A DNA stretch of 64,000 nt from Spirochaetota bacterium (GTDB lineage: Bacteria; Spirochaetota; UBA12135; COTS27; CBDBHE01): contig CBDBHE010000007.1 in NCBI GenBank assembly GCA_965205605.1, positions 64,001 through 128,000 on the forward strand. The letters are read 5' to 3'. Within the stretch, counting starts at the first letter, position 1; every line of letters starts with the position of its first letter. The position numbers and the translations under genes are program-made. Under the pieces are notes generated by a model. That model did no database searches. It was given only the letters and a program-made list of their open reading frames with translations, and was not told the origin of the DNA. Shown piece by piece: positions 28,750 to 39,040 of this stretch.

Positions 28750-29892
28750 TTATTTTTTATCTTTTCTTAACTCTAAAACACCTTGATGATAAGCTTTAAA
28801 AATAAACTTTTCATCAAAAAAACGAATGACTTTTTGTCTTCCTTTTTTTCCCATTGTTTTTCTCTTTAAAGGACTAAGTCGCATCATTAAAAGCATTTTA
28901 TTAAAAAGAGATTGTTCATCTCTAGGAGAACATAAAAATCCATTTTCTCCATTATCAACGATATCTCGGCATCCCGTGTGATCGGTTGCGATAATAGGAA
29001 TTTGAAGGCTACAAGCCTCTAAAAGCACTCTTGGCACTCCTTCTTTATAATAAGAAGGGAGAACAACACAATTGGCTTTTTGCATCTCTTTAGAAACTTC
29101 ATCCGAAGACCCCAAATAACGAATCATCCCTTCTACTTCCCATTTTTTCAAATCTTCTTTTTGGACCTCTTTTTTAAGCCCACTTAAGATCCCAAGGACA
29201 TCACAAATAACTTCTTCTTTGATTTTTTTTTTCAAAAGATGACAAGCTTTTACATATTCTAAAATTCCTTTTTCCCAAAGCAAACGTCCTACAAATAAAA
29301 ATCGAAAAGGTTTATTTTGAAGTGCTTTTCCTGAAAATTTATTTTTATAACGATCAATATCAATCCCCGAGCCTGGTAATTTTTCAGTAAATGCCTCTTC
29401 AATCAATTGATGTTGAATAAAAAATTGTTTATCTTCTTCATTTTGAAAAAAGGCTTTTGTGACTTTTTTAAAAGCGATTTTATATAAAAAACAAACGACC
29501 CAAAACAACAATGATTTTTTTGAAAAAACATGGCCTCGTCCAGAAACATTAACAAAAATAGGAATTCGTCTCCAAGAACATATTAAAGAAGCATAAAGAT
29601 TGGCTTTAATCGTAAAACTAATCACTAAAAAAGGATTTATTTTCTTTAAAGAATAGTATAAAAAAGTCAGTAAATATAAATCTTTTAAAGGATTAAGACT
29701 ACGAGAATACAAAGGAATCGAATTAATTTCAAAAGGGATCTTGTCAAAATAAGAATCTTTTGGAACAAAAACAATAATTTTATAACCTTGTTTTTCTAAA
29801 AAATAAAGTAAAGAGAGACGAAAATTAAAAATATTCCAAGCACTGTTTGAAATAACACAGATACTTTTTTTTAAAGCCAGATTTCTCTCCAA
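28750..29892 (-). CDS. GT4 glycosyltransferase (PglA/CapM-like)
   Basis: NSAWNIFNFR, FTIKANLY, PGSGID, GRLLWEKGILEY, EGVPRVLLEA. Confidence 0.92.
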   Translation of the reverse strand: MERNLALKKSICVISNSAWNIFNFRLSLLYFLEKQGYKIIVFVPKDSYFDKIPFEINSIPLYSRSLNPLKDLYLLTFLYYSLKKINPFLVISFTIKANLYASLICSWRRIPIFVNVSGRGHVFSKKSLLFWVVCFLYKIAFKKVTKAFFQNEEDKQFFIQHQLIEEAFTEKLPGSGIDIDRYKNKFSGKALQNKPFRFLFVGRLLWEKGILEYVKACHLLKKKIKEEVICDVLGILSGLKKEVQKEDLKKWEVEGMIRYLGSSDEVSKEMQKANCVVLPSYYKEGVPRVLLEACSLQIPIIATDHTGCRDIVDNGENGFLCSPRDEQSLFNKMLLMMRLSPLKRKTMGKKGRQKVIRFFDEKFIFKAYHQGVLELRKDKK

Positions 29893-31796
29893 CGCTCAAA
29901 TTGGATCAAATACCAGATAAGATGATAATTAGGGTATTTACCCGTTAAAAAAGAATCACACACTTTCTTAACCGAATTTGCATTAAAAAGACCTATTTCT
30001 TGTAGCCTTTTTTTATTTAAATATTTTTCAATAAGGTAATAAAGATCTTTCTTTAACAATTTTCCCATAGGAATTTCGAATCCATATTTAGGACGTTGCA
30101 TTGTCTTTTCAGGTAAATAACGATGTGAAATATTTTTTAAAAGGACTTTAGGATTTTTAAAATCAAATCGATCTGTAGAAGAAAGGCTATTAGCAAACTC
30201 AACCAACCTATGATCTAAAAAAGGCACTCGAGCTTCCAAACCATACGCCATAGAAGAACGATCTGATTTAACCAAAACATCATCAAGCAAAAAAGAAGAA
30301 AAATCCACTGCTGTCATCCATTCCAAATTAGACATTTGTTTTTCTTTTTTCAAAAAAAAATTTTTGAGAGAAATATCTTTTTTTAAATTAAACCATTCTT
30401 TTTGATTTAAAAATAATTTGAAAACATCTTTTGCATTGGATTTTGCTGTAATTTCAAAAAAAATCTCTTCTAAAGTTTTTTTCCTAACTCCTCTTTTAGC
30501 TTTTTCAAGTTTAACCCAAGAATTATGAATCCGGTATTTATCTGGTAAACAACTATTTAAAAAACCAATGGCAGAAGCGGGAAAAATATAAATGAAAAAA
30601 CTAAATATTTGTTGATTTAAAAAACTTTTTTTAAAAAAATTTAAAGCAAATTGATATTTTGAATACCCCCCAAAAAGCTCATCTGCCCCATCTCCTGTTA
30701 AAGCGACATCGATGTATTGTTTGGCTTTTTTAGAAATAAACATCATCGGTATTGATGAAGTATCACCGAAAGGTTCATCATAAACTTGAGGCAAATAGTC
30801 TAAAATCTCTGCAAGATCTTTTTGATTCAAATAAAAAGTTTGGTGATTTGTTTTTAATTCTTGTGCAATTTTTTTGGCAAAAAAAGCTTCGTTATATTCT
30901 TTATCATCAAAGCCAATGGTAAACGTATTAATTTTTTTTTGCTTGGATAGCAATGTTGCAAGTAAAGTAGAATCAAACCCCCCTGATAAAAAAAGACCTA
31001 AAGGTTTATCAGAAATTTGATGATCTTTAGTAATATTGTTTAAAAGAGATTCCAAATCATCTAAAAGATTTTTTTTATTCTTAAAAGTCAATCTTTCTTT
31101 TCCCAAAGCCAAAGAAGAAGACCAATAATGAGTTGTTTTATAATTACCTGTTGAAAGATCAAAAGTCAAAAAAGACCCTGGTTTAAGTTTATAAGTGTTT
31201 TTATAAATCGTTTTAGGCGATGGAATATAACCTAAACGAAAATAAATTGGTAAAATTTTTTGATTCAGTTCTTTTTTAAAATAAGGATTCTGAACAAAAG
31301 ATTTTAATTCTGAGCCAAAGAAAAAAACAGTATTAGAAAAGCTATAATAAAGTGGTTTGATTCCAACTCGATCCCGAACAAAAAATACTTTTTGTTTTTT
31401 TAAATCAATAAAACAAAAAGCAAACATTCCAACTAATTTATTGACACATTCAGGACCCCATTCGATAAAAGCTCTAAATAAAACTTCTGTATCTCCTTTA
31501 GTTTTAAAAGTATGTTTTTTTAAAAGTTGCTCTTTAATTTCTAAAAAATTGTAAATTTCACCATTATAAACTAATAGATAATTTTGGCATTCAGAAACAA
31601 AAGGTTGATCACAACTTTCTCTGGGATCTAAAATTCCCAAACGCGTATGGCCCAAACCTATCCTAAAAAGTCCTTCTTCTTTTATCAGATACTTTTGCCT
31701 ATTAGGTCCCCTAGATGCCAAACTATCTGTCATTTCTTTTAAATCTTTTTCATTAATATTTTTAAAAGGATCAAAAAAACCAACAATCCCACACAT
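29871..31796 (-). CDS. asnB: Asparagine synthase-like glutamine amidotransferase (glycan amidation)
   Basis: MCGIVG, YNGEIYNF, FLSGGFDS, GDGADELFGGY, DRSSMAYGLEARVPFLD. Confidence 0.93.
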   Translation of the reverse strand: MCGIVGFFDPFKNINEKDLKEMTDSLASRGPNRQKYLIKEEGLFRIGLGHTRLGILDPRESCDQPFVSECQNYLLVYNGEIYNFLEIKEQLLKKHTFKTKGDTEVLFRAFIEWGPECVNKLVGMFAFCFIDLKKQKVFFVRDRVGIKPLYYSFSNTVFFFGSELKSFVQNPYFKKELNQKILPIYFRLGYIPSPKTIYKNTYKLKPGSFLTFDLSTGNYKTTHYWSSSLALGKERLTFKNKKNLLDDLESLLNNITKDHQISDKPLGLFLSGGFDSTLLATLLSKQKKINTFTIGFDDKEYNEAFFAKKIAQELKTNHQTFYLNQKDLAEILDYLPQVYDEPFGDTSSIPMMFISKKAKQYIDVALTGDGADELFGGYSKYQFALNFFKKSFLNQQIFSFFIYIFPASAIGFLNSCLPDKYRIHNSWVKLEKAKRGVRKKTLEEIFFEITAKSNAKDVFKLFLNQKEWFNLKKDISLKNFFLKKEKQMSNLEWMTAVDFSSFLLDDVLVKSDRSSMAYGLEARVPFLDHRLVEFANSLSSTDRFDFKNPKVLLKNISHRYLPEKTMQRPKYGFEIPMGKLLKKDLYYLIEKYLNKKRLQEIGLFNANSVKKVCDSFLTGKYPNYHLIWYLIQFERWREIWL

Positions 31797-31798
31797 GG

Positions 31799-32947
31799 TT
31801 AACTTACCCTTTGATAAACTGAGAAAACATTCTCAGCATATCTCTTCCAAGAATATTTTTTAATCGATTCAAGAGCATTTTGACTTATTTTTTTTCTAAA
31901 ATGATTATTTTCTTTAACTGTCTTCATTTTATCTCTAAGCTCATTGACATTCCCTACACTCACTATCAAACCATCATAACCATCTTTAATAATGGAACCA
32001 CTGTTTTCCGTGACAACACAAGCCAATCCCTCCCCCATCGCTTCATAAACAGATTTTGAAGACCCTTCTAAAAAAGAAGGAAACACATAAATATCACATT
32101 TTTTAAAATATTCTTTAGTAGAAATAAACCCTGGTAAAAGAACATTTTTAAAATTTTTTCTTTGCAAAATTTTTTTAATATCTGGATAAAGTCTACCACA
32201 TAAATGTAATTTATCGTGAAAAAAAATTGGGTCTTCCCAAGCTTTTAAGAGAAGATCAATTCCTTTTCGCTTATTAAGATTGCCTGCAAAACAGTAGTGC
32301 AGAGTTTTCTTTTTTGATAAAACAAGTTTTTTATTATTAATTGTTGTGTCTGTACCAAAAGGAACCATTGTTATTTTATTGTTAGGAAGACCTATTTTTA
32401 ACAATTCTTTTTTAACGAAATTGGAAGGCACGATAACATGACTGGCCATTTTAAAACTCTCAAGCTCCATTTTACAAATAGAATCAAAAAAACTAAGTTG
32501 TCTATTTTTTCCATACTGTTTCAAGAGTCTTTTATTTGTTAGTGAAGGAGCAATAGGGAGGTCTAAAATAACTTTATATTTTTTTTTTTTCAAGGTAGCA
32601 ATAATCTTTGGAGAAATCTCCCATAAGTGAAAAAGACAAGGCCCTTCTAAAGAAAAAGATTTTAAAGATTTAAGAAAAAAAAAATTAAAAAGCTTAATAT
32701 CAAAAAATCGATGATTAAAGTTTGTCTGCCAATAAATCCGATAAGCATTTAGAATCCTTGGTACATGTCCAAAAATACCCATATGTAAGTGCTTTTTGCT
32801 TAAAACGCTTACCGAAGGGGCCAACCCACGACTAAATGAATAGTGATTAATATTTTGTTGATTCAAAAAATCGAAAATTTTACTAGTCCTAAAGCCTATA
32901 TTTCCTTTTCTACCAATAAATGAATTAACTACATTAAAAATATTCAC
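31799..32947 (-). CDS. GT4 glycosyltransferase
   Basis: RKGIDLLL, FPSFLEGSSKSVYEAMGEG. Confidence 0.9.
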   Translation of the reverse strand: MNIFNVVNSFIGRKGNIGFRTSKIFDFLNQQNINHYSFSRGLAPSVSVLSKKHLHMGIFGHVPRILNAYRIYWQTNFNHRFFDIKLFNFFFLKSLKSFSLEGPCLFHLWEISPKIIATLKKKKYKVILDLPIAPSLTNKRLLKQYGKNRQLSFFDSICKMELESFKMASHVIVPSNFVKKELLKIGLPNNKITMVPFGTDTTINNKKLVLSKKKTLHYCFAGNLNKRKGIDLLLKAWEDPIFFHDKLHLCGRLYPDIKKILQRKNFKNVLLPGFISTKEYFKKCDIYVFPSFLEGSSKSVYEAMGEGLACVVTENSGSIIKDGYDGLIVSVGNVNELRDKMKTVKENNHFRKKISQNALESIKKYSWKRYAENVFSVYQRVS

Positions 32948-32956
32948 ATTGAAACC

Positions 32957-34021
32957 TTAATGGTAAAAATTCAAATACCACTCAACAAATTTTCCAACTC
33001 CTTTTTCAATAGAAGTGTTAGGTCGATACCCTGTAAGTGAAATTAAATCATCTGCCTCTGCCCAAGTTTCTACAACATCTCCTGGTTCGATAGGCAAAAA
33101 GTTTTTAATTGCTTTTTTTCCAAGACATTTCTCCAAACATTCAATAAAATCAAGCAGTAAAATAGGAGCATTATTACCTATATTATAAATCACATAAGGC
33201 ACGTTATTTTCATTAGAATGACTATTTTTTAAATTTTTTTCACTTTTTTTAGTAAGTCGATCTTTTAGTAAAAAAAGATTTTCCGTAATATCATCAATAT
33301 AAGTAAAATCACGTTTCATTTTTCCATGATTAAAAACATTAATAGGCTTCCCTTCCAATATCGCTTTTGTAAACAAAAAAGAAGCCATATCAGGTCTACC
33401 CCACGGACCATAAACCGTAAAAAAACGAAGTCCTGTTGTCGGTAATCCATATAAATAACTATAGGTGTGTGCCATCAATTCATTTGCTTTCTTTGTAGCT
33501 GCATAAATACTAATAGGGTGATCAACTACATCTTTACACGAAAAAGGCATTTTTGTATTTAACCCATAAACAGAGCTAGAACTGGCGTAAATAAGATGTT
33601 TTATTTTCTGATGACGACAATTTTCTAAAATATTCATAAACCCTTCAACATTACTACTAATATAAGAATGAGGATTTTCAAGAGAATACCTCACCCCTGC
33701 TTGAGCGCCTAAATGGTAAACTGTATCAAATTGATACTCCAAAAAAATTGTTTTCATTCTCTCTTTATCTTCTAAATTTACCTTAATAAAAGTATAGTTT
33801 TCAAAAAGAGTACTTTTTACCCTGTCTCCTTTTTTGAGGCTCTTCTTCAAGTCAATACCCGTATCGCCAAGTCTAGCCTCTTTAAGAGACACGTCATAAT
33901 AATCATTAATAGAATCCATCCCAATAATATCATTTTCTTTGCCCGAAGATAAAAATCGACGTGTTAAATGATATCCAATAAAGCCAGCGACTCCTGTAAT
34001 TAAAATTTTTTTTCTAGACAT
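32957..34021 (-). CDS. NAD-dependent epimerase, UDP-glucuronate 4-epimerase type
   Basis: TGVAGFIG, LGAQAGVRYS, YAATKKANE, FFTVYGPWGRPDMA, RDFTYIDD. Confidence 0.94.
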   Translation of the reverse strand: MSRKKILITGVAGFIGYHLTRRFLSSGKENDIIGMDSINDYYDVSLKEARLGDTGIDLKKSLKKGDRVKSTLFENYTFIKVNLEDKERMKTIFLEYQFDTVYHLGAQAGVRYSLENPHSYISSNVEGFMNILENCRHQKIKHLIYASSSSVYGLNTKMPFSCKDVVDHPISIYAATKKANELMAHTYSYLYGLPTTGLRFFTVYGPWGRPDMASFLFTKAILEGKPINVFNHGKMKRDFTYIDDITENLFLLKDRLTKKSEKNLKNSHSNENNVPYVIYNIGNNAPILLLDFIECLEKCLGKKAIKNFLPIEPGDVVETWAEADDLISLTGYRPNTSIEKGVGKFVEWYLNFYH

Positions 34022-34042
34022 AGAGTGAAAAAAAAATAAAGG

Positions 34043-35200
34043 TTAGACCAAATCTAATTGTGTCTTTGTAGAAGCCCATTTCAAAATATTACTGGCTCTT
34101 TTTTGATAAGTCCTATTTTCTCTGACTTCTTCAAGCGCTTTTTTTGCCAGTTTTTTGCCAAGCACTTTATTTGTAAGTGCCTTTTTAACGGCTTCAACAA
34201 AATTTTTCCCCTCTTCATCTTCTAAATATAAAAAAGCATTTTGATCATTTAAAATTTCTACAACCGATCCAATCTTAGCCCCTACTATCACATTGCCTGT
34301 GGCCATATATTCACCAAGCTTAATCGGTGATGTACACCAATAATAATCGGTTGTTTTTTTTGAAAGCAGAAAAAGCAAAACATCAGCAGCCATTTGATAA
34401 TTAATAACAGTTTCTCTTCCCTGATGGGACAAAAAAGAAATGCGTTTTTGATCTAAACCTTTTAAGGCATCTCTTTTGTAAACAGCAATTTCATCTTTTG
34501 TCCCCCCTAAATGCACAACCATGATGTTAGGAAAATTCTTTAAAAGCAAACCAAAATAATCCGATCCTTTCAATTTCGCTAAATTACCAGTATGAACCAT
34601 TAAAAAATACTTTTGAGGTATCTTTAATTTCTTCTTAAGCTCTTTTTTGGGAATATTTCTCTTTTTATCATAATTTTCTATAAAAACACCCGCATGACTA
34701 CAAAAAGAACGATCTGTAACCTCTTTATAAAAACCCACATAAAAATCTAATAAAGCTTGATTAGTAAAAACAAAAAAAAGTTTTTTATAAAAAAGAATTG
34801 TTTTAAATAAAAAAGAATTAATCCAATTTTTAGAATCATTGTGAATTTCACAAATACAGTAAATGTTAAAAAAAAAACAGACCCAAGTAATAACAATATT
34901 TCGAGTATAAATTAATTTTGGTAATTCTCGAATTTTAAATAAAAACAAAAAAAAAACTTGAATCACAAATAAAAATTGTCTTATTAAGTTGCTCTTAGTC
35001 CAAAGCTTAATTTGTATCCACTTAAAAAGTTTTTTTTTTTGCTTTCTATTTCTAAAACTAGGGGAAATAAGGGTAAAATCAAATAAACTTTCTTGCTTAA
35101 AACTAAGAACCATATCACAAACTTGGATCGACATCGCCTTAGTTGAAAAAAGAGAAACAGAAGTTACATACCAAAAAAAATTTTTTTGTTCATTAAGCAT
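34043..35200 (-). CDS. GT4 glycosyltransferase
   Basis: HTGNLAKLKG, SPIKLGEYMATG. Confidence 0.88.
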   Translation of the reverse strand: MLNEQKNFFWYVTSVSLFSTKAMSIQVCDMVLSFKQESLFDFTLISPSFRNRKQKKKLFKWIQIKLWTKSNLIRQFLFVIQVFFLFLFKIRELPKLIYTRNIVITWVCFFFNIYCICEIHNDSKNWINSFLFKTILFYKKLFFVFTNQALLDFYVGFYKEVTDRSFCSHAGVFIENYDKKRNIPKKELKKKLKIPQKYFLMVHTGNLAKLKGSDYFGLLLKNFPNIMVVHLGGTKDEIAVYKRDALKGLDQKRISFLSHQGRETVINYQMAADVLLFLLSKKTTDYYWCTSPIKLGEYMATGNVIVGAKIGSVVEILNDQNAFLYLEDEEGKNFVEAVKKALTNKVLGKKLAKKALEEVRENRTYQKRASNILKWASTKTQLDLV

Positions 35201-35294
35201 TTGTAAAAAAAATCTATATTTTTTTAAAAAAAATTAACTAATTCATTATATCATCAAGAAACTTTTATTTTTAAAGACTCTCTAAAAAAACACC

Positions 35295-36539
35295 ATGTCT
35301 TCTTTTAAAAAATTTTCTAAATTCTTGCTTTTATTGATTTATCTAGGGATGCTGATCCCTAGTATTTTTGATACTTACCTTACTTTTGAAATTAATTATT
35401 ACACTTTACGTCTAAGCTACCTTTTTTTAATTTTAGGGCTACTTTATCTCTTATCCTTTAAAACAAACAAACTAAACTTAATAAAAAAACCCCCTCTTTT
35501 TTATTTACTATTTTTGTTTTTTTGTCTTTTAGGGCTTTTAAACTTATTCAAGACCATCTCCTTAAAACATTCTTTTCTTTATTGGGCATGGATAAGTCAA
35601 ACAATTCTTTTACTGCCTTTAATCTTAAAAGAAATCATTTCTGCTCAACTCAAAAAAGTGATCCTCATTTTTTTAATTTACTATGGTCTTTGTTTAAGTT
35701 TTCTTTTATGGGATATCGTTCATTCTAATTTATCCACAGGACTTGAAATAGGGTTTATTAATCAAACTTTTTTTAAAAGACCTCATCTGTTTAAAGAAGA
35801 ACCTGGCTACCTTGCTATTTTTTGGTTACAAGCTTCGATTAGTGTCAAACTTGCAAGCTGTTTTTTTTTGGAAAATCCAAAAATTAGAAAAACACTTTTT
35901 GGGTTTTATTTAGTGGGAGTGATTGCTTTATTTTTCTCTTTTTCGAAAATGGGAATGGTAGCAAGTTTATTTTTAATAAGCTCAGAAGGGTTTCTTTTTT
36001 TTAAAAACAAACCTTATTTAAAAAAACCAATTTTTTTAATTTGTGCTTCTTTTGTTTTTTTAGCAAGCTTATTTGTAACCAAGCAAGCTTTTTTTTCAAA
36101 CAGACCAATCAATTCTAAAAATATCAAAGGTATTTTCGAGACAAGATTAAAACAGCTTAAAAGATCGATGCTTGTTTTTAAACAGTCACCTATTTTAGGA
36201 GTCGGCTCTGGTAACGCTAAAAGTGCTTATGAAAAAACATTATCTATTCCAAGCTTTTCTGCTTTAAATCAAAAAAACCTTCACAAACCACTAGCTCATA
36301 ACTTATACACCGAAATATTAAGCGAATGGGGTCTCATTGGGTTTTTTCTTTTTTTCTCTGCTTTAGCGGTAATGTTTCTTAAAATTCCTATACAAACCAC
36401 TAGTATCCAAATTTTAATTTGTCTTTTACTTGCCTACCTTTCCTCAGAAACCATTGCTCGCTTTGAAGTTTGGCTATTTTTATATCAAAATTATTTTTTT
36501 TTAAATTTGCTTAAACATAAAAAACATTTAAAAATTTAA
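35295..36539 (+). CDS. O-antigen ligase/Wzy_C-family protein
   Basis: Polytopic; EEPGY, SPILGVGSGN, AHNLYTEILSEWGLIG. Confidence 0.87.
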   Translation: MSSFKKFSKFLLLLIYLGMLIPSIFDTYLTFEINYYTLRLSYLFLILGLLYLLSFKTNKLNLIKKPPLFYLLFLFFCLLGLLNLFKTISLKHSFLYWAWISQTILLLPLILKEIISAQLKKVILIFLIYYGLCLSFLLWDIVHSNLSTGLEIGFINQTFFKRPHLFKEEPGYLAIFWLQASISVKLASCFFLENPKIRKTLFGFYLVGVIALFFSFSKMGMVASLFLISSEGFLFFKNKPYLKKPIFLICASFVFLASLFVTKQAFFSNRPINSKNIKGIFETRLKQLKRSMLVFKQSPILGVGSGNAKSAYEKTLSIPSFSALNQKNLHKPLAHNLYTEILSEWGLIGFFLFFSALAVMFLKIPIQTTSIQILICLLLAYLSSETIARFEVWLFLYQNYFFLNLLKHKKHLKI

Positions 36540-36540
36540 C

Positions 36541-37557
36541 TTGAATCCAAAAGAAATAAAAAAAATTCTCATCATCGGCAATCGCTTACTAGGTGATAGT
36601 CTGATCACTCTTCATACGCTTTCTTCTCTTAAACAATTTTTCTCGTCCTCTTCTTTTCATTTACTGACAAGCACTTACACAAAAAAAATTTATGAAAACA
36701 CTCAATTATTTAAAAAAACTTTCACTTTCAATGAAACAAAAAATTATCATCATAAGCAAAATATTTCTTTAAAACAAAAAATAAAACTGCTCTTTGCTTT
36801 AAAAAAAGAACAATACAAGATGGTGATGATTTTCCCAGGAGGATTTGGTTTTGCATTGCTATGCTTTGCTCTTAAAATCCCCATTCGTATCGGTCATCAA
36901 AGTGATGGACGTTCTTTTTTATTAACTCATAAAACCCCTTTAAATCAAAAAATCCCTAATTATGATAATTATAAAAATTTACTTAATACCCTTCCTTTTG
37001 AAATTCCTTATAAAAAATACAAACTTCCTATAAAAAATTCTTCTTCCTCTTCTTTAATATTAAAAAAAAATTATTTCGTCGTAGCTCCTTGTGCTTCTGA
37101 AAAAAACAGAGCCTGGAATCAAAAAGAAATGAAAACTCTATGCTTAAAAGTCTCTCAAAAAACAAAAAATGAAATTGTCTTCTTAGGGCTTAAAGAAGAA
37201 AAACAACAAATCGAAACAATCAGCAAAAAACTCAAAGGCATCAATCTCGCTGGAAAAACTAATTTTGAAGAACTTTGCTCTATTATTAACCAAAGTCGTT
37301 TTTTTCTAGGAATGGATACCGGGCTTGCCTATATCGCTGGCAACTTAAACAAAAAATCAATGATCCTTTACGGTCCTGCTAACCCAATTCTCTCTAGACC
37401 CAATGAAACCAATATTCTTGCTATTTACAAACAAGATCCTAAAATTCCGATTCATAAAAGAAAAAAATATCCTAAAAAATTTGACATCAATCAACTAACA
37501 GCAAACGATGTTTTTAGAATAATAGTTAAAAAAGAATTTTTGTCATTTCTAAAATGA
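36541..37557 (+). CDS. GT9 (heptosyltransferase-like) glycosyltransferase
   Basis: LLGDSLIT, IPIRIG, NLAGKTNF, GMDTGLAYIA, LYGP. Confidence 0.88.
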   Translation: MNPKEIKKILIIGNRLLGDSLITLHTLSSLKQFFSSSSFHLLTSTYTKKIYENTQLFKKTFTFNETKNYHHKQNISLKQKIKLLFALKKEQYKMVMIFPGGFGFALLCFALKIPIRIGHQSDGRSFLLTHKTPLNQKIPNYDNYKNLLNTLPFEIPYKKYKLPIKNSSSSSLILKKNYFVVAPCASEKNRAWNQKEMKTLCLKVSQKTKNEIVFLGLKEEKQQIETISKKLKGINLAGKTNFEELCSIINQSRFFLGMDTGLAYIAGNLNKKSMILYGPANPILSRPNETNILAIYKQDPKIPIHKRKKYPKKFDINQLTANDVFRIIVKKEFLSFLK

Positions 37558-37561
37558 AAAA

Positions 37562-38707
37562 TTAATGACCTGACTTAATGAAAAAATCTTTTTGATGATT
37601 AACATCGTCCTTAGATTCAGGAGTTTCAAACGATTCAATTTGCTCCATTGGTTTTTCAAGTTTTCTAATACGTGTTGATTCTAGTTCTCTAAAATCCTTA
37701 GAAGCACTTTCAAGACTTTTTCCAACATTATTCATTTTATCAACAAATTTCTGCCATTCTTTTTTGAAAGAAAACACCGCTTTTTGAATTTCAGCTGCTT
37801 TCTTTTCTACCTTAAAAGCCGAAACCGACTGACGAATTAACGACAAAACAGCATAAAGAGTCATCGGAGAACAAAGAATGATTTTCCTGTCCAGCGAATA
37901 ATCAATTAAACCTTTATCCTCCACATTAATAAACGCATACATACTTTCATGAGGGATAAAAATAAGCGCATAATTAATGGTTCCATTTTTAGGATCCACA
38001 TATTCTTTGTCCCCAATTTGTTTAATGTGATTTCTGATATCTTTAATAAATCCTTTCTTACTTTCTTCTTTTTCCAATTTACTTTTTGCTTCTAAAAATG
38101 AATTATAATTCTTAAGAGGAAACTTCACATCCATATAAACCTTTAATTTTCCCGGTAAAAAAAACGTATAATCAGGTCGAATTTTTTTCCCATCTTCTCC
38201 CTCCTGCTGCTTTTGTCTCTCATAACTCTTGCCCTCAACAAGGCCAATAATACTAATAATATCCTCCGCCGCTCTCTCGCCCCAAGCACCTCTCTCTTGT
38301 GAATTAGAAAGAATCCGATTGAGCTTTGTTGTTTCTTGCCCTAAAGAACTAATTTGTTTTTGAGAATTTTCCAATTGCCCTTTAAGAAAAATCGTATTGT
38401 CCCCTAAATATTTAAGCTGAATCCCCATCGTTTTAAAATGCGACCCTAAACTCTCTTCCGAACTTTTTAAACGTGACCCCAAACTCTCTTGCGAACTTTT
38501 TAAAAGAGCCTTAAACTTATCTTCAGCTAAATTAAAAAAAGAATTTTGATTTTTATCTAACGCCTCTTTAGAAAGACGCCCAAAAAGATTTTCAAACTCT
38601 TTTTCAATCGAATGATTCTTCTTATGAAAAAAAAGAGCTAAAAACCAACCTAACCCACTCCCTAAGAGAATCCCAAAAAAGAACACCTGTAAAGAAAGTA
38701 AAACCAT
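37562..38707 (-). CDS. rmuC: DNA recombination protein RmuC
   Basis: N-terminal TM, coiled coil, RGAWGE, RPD, DVKFP, FIPHES, SPMTL. Confidence 0.92.
   Translation of the reverse strand: MVLLSLQVFFFGILLGSGLGWFLALFFHKKNHSIEKEFENLFGRLSKEALDKNQNSFFNLAEDKFKALLKSSQESLGSRLKSSEESLGSHFKTMGIQLKYLGDNTIFLKGQLENSQKQISSLGQETTKLNRILSNSQERGAWGERAAEDIISIIGLVEGKSYERQKQQEGEDGKKIRPDYTFFLPGKLKVYMDVKFPLKNYNSFLEAKSKLEKEESKKGFIKDIRNHIKQIGDKEYVDPKNGTINYALIFIPHESMYAFINVEDKGLIDYSLDRKIILCSPMTLYAVLSLIRQSVSAFKVEKKAAEIQKAVFSFKKEWQKFVDKMNNVGKSLESASKDFRELESTRIRKLEKPMEQIESFETPESKDDVNHQKDFFIKSGH
38442..38504. repeat. 33-bp in-frame tandem duplication within rmuC
   Basis: Encodes LKSSQESLGSR / LKSSEESLGSH. Confidence 0.85.
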
Positions 38708-38872
38708 TAATCTACACTATACCTTTCAATTTAAAATTAAAAAAGTTTAATTTTAAGCTTTTCAAAAAAAAAAATCCTTAAAATTAAAACCCTCATCTAA
38801 AAATAATCGCTTTCTAAAAAACTTTTCAAATCAGCTCAAATCTTCTCTAATTATTTTAAAAAAGTATCGTTT

Positions 38873-38888
38873 TGACTCATTAGAGTCA
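38873..38888. promoter_or_regulatory. Palindrome TGACTC-ATTA-GAGTCA, candidate enhancer (UAS) or operator
   Basis: Perfect 6-4-6 inverted repeat ~100 bp upstream of a sigma-54 motif. Confidence 0.5.
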
Positions 38889-38988
38889 TTTTGATTCGAT
38901 TTTTTGGGAATTTTTTGATTTCATAAAGGAAAAAAAATTCTCTTTTTTTAAAAAAAAGGCTTTTTTTCCTTTTTATTTTTTTAAAAAT

Positions 38989-39004
38989 TGGCACAAACAT
39001 TGCT
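38989..39004 (+). promoter_or_regulatory. Sigma-54 (-24/-12) promoter of hsp20
   Basis: TGGCACAAACATTGCT with exact GG-N10-GC spacing, 36 nt before the ATG; RBS AAGGAG follows. Confidence 0.8.
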
Positions 39005-39040
39005 TATTATTTTATGAAAATCAATAAAAGGAGATAAACC

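Noticed and set aside
38442-38504. 11-aa duplication in RmuC as a novelty
   Set aside because: Length variation by short repeats in the RmuC coiled coil is unremarkable.
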